The notes under the pieces were generated by a model. It was not told the origin of the DNA. It did no database searches and saw nothing but the letters and a program-made list of their open reading frames with translations. Of a DNA stretch of 64,000 bases, positions 21,901 to 30,059 are shown one piece after another. The first letter of the stretch is position 1. Each line of letters starts with the position of its first letter. Both the position numbers and the translations under genes were made by a program. This DNA is from Candidatus Kapaibacterium sp. GTDB taxonomy: Bacteria; Bacteroidota; Ignavibacteria; Kapaibacteriales; UBA4661. The DNA lies in NCBI GenBank assembly GCA_025455065.1, contig JALONG010000017.1:4294-68293 (forward strand), read 5' to 3'.

Positions 21901-24600
21901 GGAACGGTCGGCAGCAATTTGGGAATATCCTTCATTAAATCGCCAGTAACCTATAAGATTGCTTCCATTGGGGTGGCTGGCATCCAACTCCCTTCTTCGC
22001 CACGAAGCAATAACAGACTGTGGCAAAGGTGTATTCCAAATTCGCACTTCATCAATATTTCCTTGCCAAAACTCCGTAATACCACCACGGGAGCCGATAT
22101 AGAATGGTTTTCCCCCGACCGGACTTAAAGAGATATTATCTGTTCCCATTAGCCGCCCATCAACGTAATACGTTATTACACCCGCATTGTAGGAAACTGC
22201 AATATGAGCATAATTGTAACGACGGAATGTTGGCATCACTGACCGTTGAACCGTTGTCGCACCGCTGTTGGTACTGACTTTAAGGAAGGCATTAAGTTGT
22301 CCAACATTCAATGAAAAATTTTGGCTTCCTGCATCACCAAACGAGAAAATACAAGGGTCATACCCAGGTGTGCCAACAAACCAATACGGTCGTACAAGCG
22401 CTTCCATTGTAAAACTTTGCAATGAGTCGTATGCAGCCCTCGGGGAGGCAACCACAGTTTGGTTTGAACCATTAAAGAGAAGTTGATAACCAAGAGCTGA
22501 TTTAACAGGAAGATTGGCTGCACCGACAGCAAAATATGCCTGTCCGAAAGGAACAACAGGTTGTACAAAATCGCTTACAAGCCCGTTTAATGTTTCGGTG
22601 CCTCCAATTCCATTATAGACAAACGGCGTATCAACACGGGCAACCATCGAAGGTTTTGTCCAGCCTCCGCTCCGAAACAGCCCTACTGATGCCAGGTTTA
22701 TCGTGCCGCCATTCACTTCTTCAATTTGCCAATTTTCCGTCGAGCTAATCGAACTAATTCTTGTGCCGGGTGCAGCACCACCTATCATTCCGTTATACGC
22801 TCCCACTTGAAGAATTGGCATCAATGAGACGTTAGTGGTGCCAAGTGCGAAGGGTAAAAATCGACCTGCTGTTCCCAAAGGGAAGAAGTAAGAATTTATG
22901 GAGTTTGCTATCGCACGGCGCATCTGCCCTTGGACGTAACCGAAGCCGGTAGTGGCGAATGTTACCGACAATGCAGAAGGATTACTGACAAATACCATTC
23001 CGTTTGCCATTTCACCGGAACGAACAATCCCGCTTGTTACAGCAAGTGAAGCGTTATTTCCCAAAGTTAAAATGTCACCCGCACTACCCGGAATTTGCAA
23101 TTCTGTACCGGAAGTTTTGTTGATATGCAGATTTGCATCAAGTGTTCCTGGTACTTGCATTTCAGCACTTCCGGGAAAACGATTCGTTCCTCCGGTGTAG
23201 AAGAGGTTTGACCCACCAGCATAAGTTATTGGTGTTCCTTCAACCGAGCCGTCGCCTTCCAAACGTAGCGTACCACGATTTTGAATAAATAATGTTCCTT
23301 CTTGCCCAAGTTTTGTGCCGTTATTGATTAAAAGAACACCGTTTGTTTGTACTACAAGAAATTGAAGAGGAGCGATATTCCCCCATCGGCTTATTTGTAA
23401 AAGGTTTGAACCTGTATTTAACGTTCCTGTATTGATAGATAGCGTACCAAAGATATTCGTTGGCGAACCAAGATTAACCGGAGTAACAGCCCCCATTTTG
23501 TTAATGCTTAGCGCACCAGGCATTGTTTGTGGCAATTCTAATGAATTTGTTGTTTTGGGATTTCCTAGGGTGTAACTCAAAGTTGCCGTTGTGCCGAGAT
23601 AGTTTACAGCATTCATGCCCCCAATCTGCCCTGTACCTGCTATTTCCAATCTACCGCCAATGGGGCTTAGACTCTCAATGTTGATGGTTCCATTGTTATT
23701 GAGCGTCCTCATATGGGCAATTTCGAGAACACCGTTGTCTTTTACAGCAAGTGTTGAAGAGGGTTGGATAATTCCTGTTGTTCCTGCCATGCCATTCATT
23801 ACCAAACGCCCTCCGGCATTAACATTCCAAGTTCCTTGTTGAAGGAGAAAACTGCCCTGCACATTTAATGTTCCCATGATACCATTCACAATTCCCCCGG
23901 GTTTATTAACCAGAATTGTTCCCGTCATGCTTCCGGCTGTTACTTCTCTGGCTGTTGCTGAAATCATGTAAGTATTCATGCCAACAAATTCTAGCGTATC
24001 GTTTGCCGATCCATAATTGATGTTGCTCGACCCAGCTATAGTTGGGTTGCCAGCAATAACAAATTTCCCTCCGCCACCGAAAATCTGCACAACGGAATTA
24101 TTGGTAAACGTTGCACCATCACGTACTGTCAAGACTGCTCCGGGAGCATTTGTTCGCAGAGTACCGCCCAAGGTTACAAGCCCCGTACCGCTCGGAGCTA
24201 TTATCAACGACATCCCCGTCCCTAAGGTTAAACGAGAAGGTGCTGTATTGACATTGAGAGAATTTATGGTTAGCGTTGCCGATTGCAATGTAACATCACG
24301 CATACCGGTTACAACCAAATTCACGATATTGGCTGGAATGCCGCTCGTGATGGTAACCGCTCCAGCCATACCACCATTATCAAATGTGACATTATCTCCC
24401 ATACCGGGTATGCCTGCTCCGCCTGCTCCACCTGAAGTAGCACTCCAATTTGCCGCATTATTCCAAACGTTTGAGCTATTTCCCGCTACCCAGAAAAAAG
24501 GCGCGGAAATGAGATTTGTTGCAAATAGCGCCAATACTACGCTACAACAAAAACTACGGAGCAGAGCCGCAATAGAAATTGAATAAACGCTTGTTTTCAT
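15931..24600 (-). CDS. giant (2889 aa) T9SS-secreted mosaic surface protein
   Basis: Domain order along the protein:
- signal peptide;
- Gly/Asn/Thr-rich beta-helix-like N-terminal third;
- LamG/ConA-like domain (about 22010-22495, ...IDEVRIWNTPL);
- seven IPT/TIG repeats (19251-20976);
- LRRNT-like cap plus about 20 plant-type LRRs (LDLSGNQLSGSVPSSIG; about 18060-19225);
- Ig I-set-like segment (DTGDYTCFVRN);
- FN3-like and ASH/Hydin-like Ig folds;
- C-terminal T9SS sorting domain (LSIFPNPSGEKLTV...GVYLVRLKN). Confidence 0.9.
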   Translation of the reverse strand: MKTSVYSISIAALLRSFCCSVVLALFATNLISAPFFWVAGNSSNVWNNAANWSATSGGAGGAGIPGMGDNVTFDNGGMAGAVTITSGIPANIVNLVVTGMRDVTLQSATLTINSLNVNTAPSRLTLGTGMSLIIAPSGTGLVTLGGTLRTNAPGAVLTVRDGATFTNNSVVQIFGGGGKFVIAGNPTIAGSSNINYGSANDTLEFVGMNTYMISATAREVTAGSMTGTILVNKPGGIVNGIMGTLNVQGSFLLQQGTWNVNAGGRLVMNGMAGTTGIIQPSSTLAVKDNGVLEIAHMRTLNNNGTINIESLSPIGGRLEIAGTGQIGGMNAVNYLGTTATLSYTLGNPKTTNSLELPQTMPGALSINKMGAVTPVNLGSPTNIFGTLSINTGTLNTGSNLLQISRWGNIAPLQFLVVQTNGVLLINNGTKLGQEGTLFIQNRGTLRLEGDGSVEGTPITYAGGSNLFYTGGTNRFPGSAEMQVPGTLDANLHINKTSGTELQIPGSAGDILTLGNNASLAVTSGIVRSGEMANGMVFVSNPSALSVTFATTGFGYVQGQMRRAIANSINSYFFPLGTAGRFLPFALGTTNVSLMPILQVGAYNGMIGGAAPGTRISSISSTENWQIEEVNGGTINLASVGLFRSGGWTKPSMVARVDTPFVYNGIGGTETLNGLVSDFVQPVVPFGQAYFAVGAANLPVKSALGYQLLFNGSNQTVVASPRAAYDSLQSFTMEALVRPYWFVGTPGYDPCIFSFGDAGSQNFSLNVGQLNAFLKVSTNSGATTVQRSVMPTFRRYNYAHIAVSYNAGVITYYVDGRLMGTDNISLSPVGGKPFYIGSRGGITEFWQGNIDEVRIWNTPLPQSVIASWRRRELDASHPNGSNLIGYWRFNEGYSQIAADRSTQENTASLINTPIWMDASTTSNVIVAPTVTSTGQLTATKIGTGSLTYSLIGANGGSTCATVNLGGSGSISYTPIGNIIPDVRDTVIHSVSDNIPSQTTASIVVEFSPVINVNTQFVSFNKPTRFTAPSFFGGTSPFIAQWSPTTNLTNTNTLQPTATLITNATYTLQFGDNYGFGSTFPVSAQIHPLVLAFSNSSSTATTGFPALVNSGNPVAMRYSVFRRRTGQFDSTDASVALRVDAAPGGNAQFAVNYTRTFTNTASILETGIVINWLNAPLAGGSTQAIVTLYRTSGAPIDPVQLQITISSNATAPIVTSFAPSIGGGGTFVTITGANFVNVGNVRFGGIPAQSFMVISPTEIRAQVAAGGGTGLVAVTAMAGSGNSAGVFQFVQPPTITSFTPQQGTSGATVQVLGSNFIAPVTVRFGGVPGTNVDIVSPTQLFVDVGPGATGNVNVTTPGGTVTSATIFTFFGAPIITSIVPTQGTAGDTITVNGNNFQLIDSVRIGGQVLTGANGTVLSSASQTQVRIVLSTTPLSGVVSIFAAAGQASSSQVFTYIPPPKIDSIVPRVGGAGTVVNVFGKNFIQVDSVRFGGVRLQSLMVTSTSALSAQMPTGLVNSTNAIIVFARAGRDTSKTPNLFQYVLPPQITSFTSAAGSGAWVQITGANLVSVSSVQFGGVPADSIRTMSPSLVLARVAAGASGKISLVAAGGSVQSQQDFRFLRPPTITAFTPSSGATGATVEITGTEFVNVTNVSIGGGSVASFSVANDTRIIATLSNNATSGTIRVSTLQGLAQSTQSFQVIISAGPPPSIISFTPPSGEAGTEVFISGQNLAAANNVTFAGVTAASFRVISATVVAAIVPTGATSGSIRITTPNGIATSVLDFRFILPNSGGENLTPLQRDSIVLVRLYNVTGGGAWAIERNWLTERPLSSWSGVRVEQGRVTSLELSNNALLGALPLFVAELSALKVLDLSGNQLSGSVPSSIGTMSALEVIRLRRNGFSGAFPQLATNANLQVFDIGQNRFVGDIPRGLCNAVNLREVRLDSNGFSGVLPPCLGNLQRVEIFDASQNLLADSIPAAIGSMTALRELLLAGNGLTGTIPQTLGTQATVRLLADNGKQATLQAVPNLQRLDLSRNRLTGLIPSSLGDCRALRTVQLSQNQLTGNLPLSFGNLTQLQTLDCSRNQLSGALPTFWGNLRQLQTLSLRNNRFSGAIPLEIGRLSALTTMWLDSNTFTSMSDSIQQISALQRISLANNRLTALPQLRRTSGIALDSVNVAGNALTFESLERNFSSVRAAVYSPQDSVLSRIDTTVRVFSRLRFSSTVGGLFNDYQWYRAGRVIVGATDSVLLVERFARADTGDYTCFVRNRVARELTLIRQNIRIRALPPQAPSERPLLLQPQALAQNVSIIPTFVWTTTAFTSLYEIEFSQQQDFASAATVRLTSNDPFRSRLTLVNTQALQFLTTYFWRVRAVSEGLPGAWSDVGRFTTLPEGQTLNVESLNFGRVLLQRSVERSVTIQNLSGTRIIIHSVRLSEPTTQTGGQFTVSGFTSAQTLEADSTISFRVRFVPRAVGEQVANVVVGYTIASAGAVPPTDVTFTNALTARGGVLGFVGEELDFGTVTAGLSKTESVQLTNIGTSALTLVPRVIARSENTEIATFGFNDVFTNAISLQAAQQAVFTLNCTVKPRSQRDSVRGSVQFVAQVGTFSDTLTIPTFVRVRPPDSNDIVLLPRISAEQQGVVPGGIVTILVKIAALDTKAILERSTQGTVQERSQFALGTLQRATPSSAAFTGDITMNRQVLIPANDETQLTQGAVTGDIASYTFTPTRWVPDMQGRLDSTLVRFRCRVVAGNTDTSALKITRFVWDTTRSQLSGGTVSQVIVRSDTLPQYFAAGVSKAGGKRLIGSPTMKALSIFPNPSGEKLTVRFTVPSAEYLTLELVTLQGTVLMRLAEGQYNEGTYTNDWSLQSLPSGVYLVRLKNSESVIQERLHVIR
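19251..20976 (-). repeat. seven tandem IPT/TIG-domain coding repeats (about 82 aa each) inside the giant gene
   Basis: The pattern P-x-I-T-S-F-x-P-x-x-G-x-x-G-x-x-V-x-I-x-G-x-N-F...V-x-F-G-G recurs seven times. Confidence 0.8.
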
Positions 24601-24918
24601 GGGAGTAAGAGGAAGATTGTTTTACATACCCTAATGATTTTCACCTGAATAGCGTGATAAACTCCGTACAGAATCGAATAAGAACGAGAATGAAATGAAT
24701 TTAACGATTTTCCGCACCATTCACAAGTTACCAGCAGTCATTTTCCGGTATGCCGAAAGGTTATATTCTCAGGCTTTGGCAAATCTCGTCACCTTTCGAG
24801 AAGAACAAGGAAAGAACAATCTTGTTACATTCTCCAGCAACAAAAAATTTCCATCGGGAAGAAACAAAACTTTCTCTAAATTTACGGTCGTTTCATTACT
24901 CACACTCAGCGCTATACC

Positions 24919-26061
24919 ATGCACCTTCATTCCAAACTTCCAACCGTCGGCACGACAATTTTCACATCAATGTCCCATTTGGCGAGTGAATACAATGCCA
25001 TCAATTTGGCACAGGGATTTCCCAATTTTGCTCCGCCACCCAAACTTCTCTTATCGGCAGCAAACGCCATGCAACGGGGATTAAATCAATACGCTCCCAT
25101 GGCAGGTTATGTGCCGCTTCGGGAGCGGATTGCCGAAAAAATCGAATACTGCTATGGAAGACGCATAAACCCAGATTCAGACATTACGGTTACACCGGGT
25201 GGCACGGCGGCTCTCTTTGCAGCCATGATGAGCGTCGTTCACAAAGGCGATGAAGTGATTGTGCCGGAGCCGTGTTATGATTCGTATTTGCCGACATTGG
25301 AACTCTGCGGAGCGCTCATTAAGCGAGTTCCGATGAAATTTCCCGACTACTCAATAGATTGGGACAGAGTTCAAACGCTGGTTTCACCAAAAACGCGGAT
25401 GATTATCATCAACACGCCGCATAATCCCACCGGAAGCATCCTCCGCAAAGCAGATATGGAGCGCCTCTCAGCCATTGTTCGTAATACCGACATCATGATT
25501 TTGAGTGATGAAGTCTATGAGCATATCACCTTCGACGGCGAGGCGCACCAAAGCGTTCTTCGCTACAATGACCTCGCGGAACGCAGTTTTGTCGTGTATT
25601 CCTTTGGAAAACCGTTTCACGTAACGGGCTGGAAAACAGGCTATTGCGTGGCTCCTGCCGAACTTATGCGGGAATTTCGGAAGGTCTATCAGTACATGAA
25701 TTTTGCTTCTTTCACTCCCGCACAAGTCGCATTTTCTGAACTGTTAAGCAATAAAGAGCAATACGAATCACTACCGGAATTTTATCGGCAAAAACGAGAC
25801 CTCTTTCAAGACTTGATGCGGTCTTCAAGGTTTGAATTTTTTCCTTCTCACGGCTCATATTTCCAACTTGCACGCTATTCGGACATTTCCACGCTTAATG
25901 ACGCAGAATTTGCTGTTTGGCTCACCACAACGCACGGTGTGGCTGTTATTCCCGTCTCGGCTTTTTACCGCGATTCCACCGATAATCACGTTGTTCGTTT
26001 TTGCTTCGCCAAGACCGACGAAACCTTGGAAAAAGCTGCTGAAGCACTTTGTAAAATATAA
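24919..26061 (+). CDS. class I/II PLP aminotransferase, YbdL/methionine-aminotransferase-like
   Basis: SKLPTVGTTIFTSMSHLASEYNAINLAQGFPNF N-terminus and the PLP-lysine block YSFGKPFHVTGWKTGY. Confidence 0.85.
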   Translation: MHLHSKLPTVGTTIFTSMSHLASEYNAINLAQGFPNFAPPPKLLLSAANAMQRGLNQYAPMAGYVPLRERIAEKIEYCYGRRINPDSDITVTPGGTAALFAAMMSVVHKGDEVIVPEPCYDSYLPTLELCGALIKRVPMKFPDYSIDWDRVQTLVSPKTRMIIINTPHNPTGSILRKADMERLSAIVRNTDIMILSDEVYEHITFDGEAHQSVLRYNDLAERSFVVYSFGKPFHVTGWKTGYCVAPAELMREFRKVYQYMNFASFTPAQVAFSELLSNKEQYESLPEFYRQKRDLFQDLMRSSRFEFFPSHGSYFQLARYSDISTLNDAEFAVWLTTTHGVAVIPVSAFYRDSTDNHVVRFCFAKTDETLEKAAEALCKI

Positions 26062-26095
26062 GGTCACATTGTTCCGCGTCTATATCAATAATTCC

Positions 26096-27205
26096 ATGAA
26101 AAAATTCTTTCTCACCCTCGCACTCCTCTTGGGAGCGCTTGGAATCACTCTTTTTGCCGTATTACAGATGAAACCTTTTGGAAAAAATCCCACGGGCAAA
26201 CGTTTAGAACGTGTTCAACAATCACCACATTACCGCGACGGGAAATTTCAAAATCTTTCCGAAACGCCGATGATGACTGGCGATAACGCGCTTTGGGACA
26301 GTCTCCGTGAATGGGTTTTCGAGCGGCAAAACACAGAACCACCTGCGAAAATTCCTTCTCAAAAAACCGACCTCAAAAATCTCCCCGAAGGCTCACCACA
26401 GCTTGTTTGGTTTGGTCATTCGGGGTATTTGCTAAAACTGAACAGCTTAACGATTGCGATTGACCCGATTTTAGCGGAAAGTATTTCTCCTGTGCCGGGG
26501 TTTATGAACTCCTACAACGGCTCATTTCTCTATACCCCTGAAGATATGCCGCCGTTGGATGCCATCATCATCACGCACGACCATTATGACCACCTGAATT
26601 ACGAAACCATTACCGCACTCAATAGCCGTACAAAGCGCTTCATTACTGCTTTGGGTGTGGGTGAGCATTTGGAGTATTGGGGAATTGAGCCGGCAAAAAT
26701 CATGGAACTTGATTGGTGGGAAAGCATTGCAATCACTGATTCCGTCAGGCTTACAGCGACTCCGGCACGGCACTTTTCGGGCAGAGGAATAATCAACGAT
26801 AAAACGCTTTGGGCTTCGTTTGTACTGCAAACGCCGCAGAAAACCTTGTATCTCGGCGGTGATTCGGGTTACGATTCGTTTTTCAAAACGATTGGCGAGA
26901 AATTTCCGGGAATAGATTTGGCAATCATGGAGTGTGGGCAGTACAATAAAAAATGGGCGCTCATTCATTTTATGCCCGAAGAAACCGTACAAGCCGCATT
27001 AGACCTTGGCGCGAAGGCTCTCATGCCTGTTCATTGGGGACGATTTACGCTGGCTTCGCATCTGTGGAATGAACCGATTGAACGTGCCGCAAACGAAGCA
27101 CATAAGAGCGGTTTACCGCTTTGCACACCACAAATCGGGGAGCGCGTTGAACTTGATAAAACCTTGCCAAATAAGCAGTGGTGGAAACTGGTTTTAGCGG
27201 AATGA
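26096..27205 (+). CDS. MBL-fold metallo-hydrolase (NAPE-PLD-like), membrane-anchored
   Basis: HxHxDH motif ITHDHYDHL and an N-terminal TM/signal (MKKFFLTLALLLGALGITLF). The ATG at 26096 is chosen because the longer ORF overlaps the aminotransferase. Confidence 0.8.
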   Translation: MKKFFLTLALLLGALGITLFAVLQMKPFGKNPTGKRLERVQQSPHYRDGKFQNLSETPMMTGDNALWDSLREWVFERQNTEPPAKIPSQKTDLKNLPEGSPQLVWFGHSGYLLKLNSLTIAIDPILAESISPVPGFMNSYNGSFLYTPEDMPPLDAIIITHDHYDHLNYETITALNSRTKRFITALGVGEHLEYWGIEPAKIMELDWWESIAITDSVRLTATPARHFSGRGIINDKTLWASFVLQTPQKTLYLGGDSGYDSFFKTIGEKFPGIDLAIMECGQYNKKWALIHFMPEETVQAALDLGAKALMPVHWGRFTLASHLWNEPIERAANEAHKSGLPLCTPQIGERVELDKTLPNKQWWKLVLAE

Positions 27206-27364
27206 ATTGGCAATCTCGAAACTTATTCCAATTTGAGTCAATAATTGTGCGTTATTTTTCGAGGATTTTCCCTTGAAAGCAGCACAAACACTTGCACAGA
27301 CAAGAATGTCCGTGCCACAGAAGCCTGTTTTTTTTTTTTGCACAACGACTACCGCATATTAGTA

Positions 27365-28522
27365 TCACTTCCCCACAATCGCTGTATTTGCAAGCGTTTC
27401 ACGCCATGAGTCCATAATTTTGTTGTTTTGGGCAATCGGGTTTCCCGTCAGCAGAAGTTCCCGCAAATTTTGAAGGCGAGAGATTTCCGGCGGCAGTTCG
27501 CGTATGGTGTTTCGTGCCAGATGCAGCGTTTGTAAACTTGTGCATTCGCCGAGTTCGGCTGGAATAAGAGGTATAAAATTTCCCGACAGTTGCAGCACTT
27601 TCAGACTTTTCAGATTCCCCACCTGAGCAGGAAACGAGGTTAATTGATTTCCGTTCACATACAATTCCTGCAAAAACACGATATTTCCTAATTCCTGCGG
27701 TAATGTTTGCAGCAAATTAAAGTCTAAACGCAAGATTTGAAGCCGCTTGAGCGAACTTACCGATGGAGGTAATTCCGTCAAACGATTATAGGAAATTTGA
27801 AGTTTGCGAAGTTGAATAAGCGCACCAAACCTCGCGGGAAGAACCGTTAGTTTGTTCGTATTAAGATTCAGCGCTATAAGTTTCGTTAATTGAACGATTT
27901 CATCAGGTAGTACCGTGAGTTTATTTTCCGAGAGGTCAAGGTCGAATAGCTGCACACAAGCACTGAAGCGCTTTGGGAGTTCCATTAAACGATTTTGTGA
28001 AAGATTACATTCTTCCAACTTTTGCAAATTCCCAAACTCATCGGGAAGAGATTTTATGCGGTTTCTCTGACAAAAAAGGCGTTTTAATTTTTTCCATGAG
28101 CCAATAGTCGGCGGAAGTTCCGTAATCACATTGACACTCACGTCCAATTCCACCATATTTTGCAAGCGTTCAATACCCTCCGGAAGGCGCTCTATCTGGT
28201 TATTTCGCGCAACTAAGACTTGCAAATTTGATAATTCGCAGAGTTCCTCCGGCAGAACAGAAATTTTGTTTTTGGAGATGTCCAGATATTGCAGATTGTT
28301 AAGTTCGCTAATCCGCGAAGGCAGTTCTTCCAACTGCTCATCCACAAGCGCTAAACGATAGACTTTTTCAGGTTCTTTGAGTGCTTCAAGGAAATTGGTA
28401 TAGAGTTTTTTCTTAGCAAGAAACGCGGAATCCAGAACTTGGTTTTGAGCAAACACCTCAAACCGTCCCCATAAACAGCAACACAGAAAGATATAGCATT
28501 GTAGCCGTGCAGAAGGCTTCAT
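27365..28522 (-). CDS. secreted leucine-rich repeat (LRR) protein
   Basis: About 14 consecutive 23-aa LRRs (LxxLxxLxLxxNxLxxLPxxIxx) after a signal peptide (MKPSARLQCYIFLCCCLWG...FAQ). Confidence 0.85.
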   Translation of the reverse strand: MKPSARLQCYIFLCCCLWGRFEVFAQNQVLDSAFLAKKKLYTNFLEALKEPEKVYRLALVDEQLEELPSRISELNNLQYLDISKNKISVLPEELCELSNLQVLVARNNQIERLPEGIERLQNMVELDVSVNVITELPPTIGSWKKLKRLFCQRNRIKSLPDEFGNLQKLEECNLSQNRLMELPKRFSACVQLFDLDLSENKLTVLPDEIVQLTKLIALNLNTNKLTVLPARFGALIQLRKLQISYNRLTELPPSVSSLKRLQILRLDFNLLQTLPQELGNIVFLQELYVNGNQLTSFPAQVGNLKSLKVLQLSGNFIPLIPAELGECTSLQTLHLARNTIRELPPEISRLQNLRELLLTGNPIAQNNKIMDSWRETLANTAIVGK

Positions 28523-28681
28523 AACGATTTTGCGGTCAAAAAATAGCAAAAACAGAATAGCTTCAAAATTACGGAAAACTTTGGACTTTTTGAGGAGAAA
28601 AGTATCATAAGAAAAAAGCCGTAAAGCACACAACATCATGTTTGCAGGCTTTACGGCGTACACACGGCGAGTGCTTTTTTC

Positions 28682-29782
28682 TTAGAAGAATACAACGGTA
28701 TTCGGGTTTATTCCAACATCAAAACGTCGCACAATCGTCCCGTCTATGCGGCGTACAATCACTTCTCCGTTGGTTGAAAAATCTCGTGCATTGGTAATCC
28801 ACAACTCGGAAGAACGCGGATGCACTCCCAAGCCGTACCAAAACTCGTTCATCGCCGTTCTGCGCACGGCAATAGTGGGTTTTGCATCGGTTTGACGAAG
28901 TGTAAGGAGTTCCACGCCGCTATCACCTAAGTAAAACAGCGTGTCTCCGGTCGAAGAGAAATTTAGTGCGGAAGGAGATTTCATGCGCCATCTCCGGAGT
29001 TCTTGCAAATTCGCAGCATCAAATTCCACAATACCGCCCAGAGAATCACGCGACATAGGCAAATGCCTGTATGCGGCATATAATCTCGTTTTTGAGCGAT
29101 TTGTCACAACATCACCTGCATTGGGTAAACCGGCAATAGTGCGAATTTCTCGGCGTGTTGCCAAGTCCACCACCGAAAGCGTTCCTGCTTTGGGTTCATT
29201 TGCACGAAAATCACCAAAACCGGAATTTGCAACAACAACATACTGCGACGTAGCAGCAATGCCCTCCGGTGCCGGTCCTACGGCAATGCGTGGTGTTCTT
29301 ATGGTGAAGGTGCGCGGGTTAATTTCCGTGATGCTGTCGTCAATGTTGGAAACGTAGGCGGTCGTATCGTTCACAATGACCATTTTACGCGGCTCTTGTC
29401 CCATTTGCGGCATACGAATACGCCCCAACGAAACGCCACTGGAAGCCCTGATAACCTCAATACTCCGCGAAGTTGAAACAACAACGTAGAGCGTATCACC
29501 TTTCAAAACCATATTATTCGCCGTATCACCAATGCGCAAGCCCGGATTTACCCGTGCAAAAAAATCTTGCGTTACCATGCCTGAAGCAGCATCAAACCTC
29601 GCAAGCGTCGAATTATCCTGCCGCCACAAACCTTCCGCCAAAATGTATGCGCCCTGCACCGAAGCCGGAATCGGGTCAGGCTGAACAGGATTTTGACCAC
29701 AACCAACAACAAACCACACCAAACCAAGCAATAACGCCACCTTTCGCACTAAATACCAGCGCGAAACAACAAATTGGAACAT
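28682..29782 (-). CDS. YncE/YVTN-type beta-propeller surface lipoprotein
   Basis: Lipobox VVGC after a signal peptide. Repeated ...YV.N..d.sv.vid blades (LYVVVSTSRSIEVI, AYVSNIDDSITEIN, YVVVANSGF..., LSVVDL...). It lies downstream of the cobalamin riboswitch. ATG at 29782 (GTG at 29803 is possible). Confidence 0.7.
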   Translation of the reverse strand: MFQFVVSRWYLVRKVALLLGLVWFVVGCGQNPVQPDPIPASVQGAYILAEGLWRQDNSTLARFDAASGMVTQDFFARVNPGLRIGDTANNMVLKGDTLYVVVSTSRSIEVIRASSGVSLGRIRMPQMGQEPRKMVIVNDTTAYVSNIDDSITEINPRTFTIRTPRIAVGPAPEGIAATSQYVVVANSGFGDFRANEPKAGTLSVVDLATRREIRTIAGLPNAGDVVTNRSKTRLYAAYRHLPMSRDSLGGIVEFDAANLQELRRWRMKSPSALNFSSTGDTLFYLGDSGVELLTLRQTDAKPTIAVRRTAMNEFWYGLGVHPRSSELWITNARDFSTNGEVIVRRIDGTIVRRFDVGINPNTVVFF

Positions 29783-30059
29783 AACAATTCCCTTACAAAA
29801 CACGCTGCAATGCCAGTTGCAGCCAAAATAAAAAAGACGAGGAAGGAAACGAAGAAGGGATAAAGGATAGGGGAAAAGGAATAAGGGCTGAAAAGCGCTT
29901 CAATACTTGCCGCTACTGGTGTCAGCGCATATTGAGTCGCGTTCTCGCTCCTCGTTCAATTTCCACAAATCACGATATTTTGTGAGATTTCCTCATCGCA
30001 TCCGTTGGCGCGGATGGTCTTGCAGAAACAAAATGAATTAGCGTTTCTGAAGACGTGAT

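Noticed and set aside
16130-24586. Dozens of plus-strand ORFs (for example 24017..24586, 17746..18204, 19420..19842) opposite the giant gene, plus nested minus-strand ORFs.
   Set aside because: These are shadow ORFs of a long, repeat-rich, GC-skewed coding region. They have low-complexity or Arg/Cys-rich translations and no independent signals.
24601-24918. A possible SAM or other riboswitch in the 318-nt region upstream of the YbdL-like methionine aminotransferase.
   Set aside because: None of the conserved SAM-I/II/SAH blocks could be found by eye. Only weak local hairpins are present.
25832-26095. N-terminal 88-aa extension of the MBL-fold hydrolase ORF.
   Set aside because: It overlaps the 3' end of the aminotransferase gene in another frame. 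The ATG at 26096 gives a proper membrane anchor or signal.
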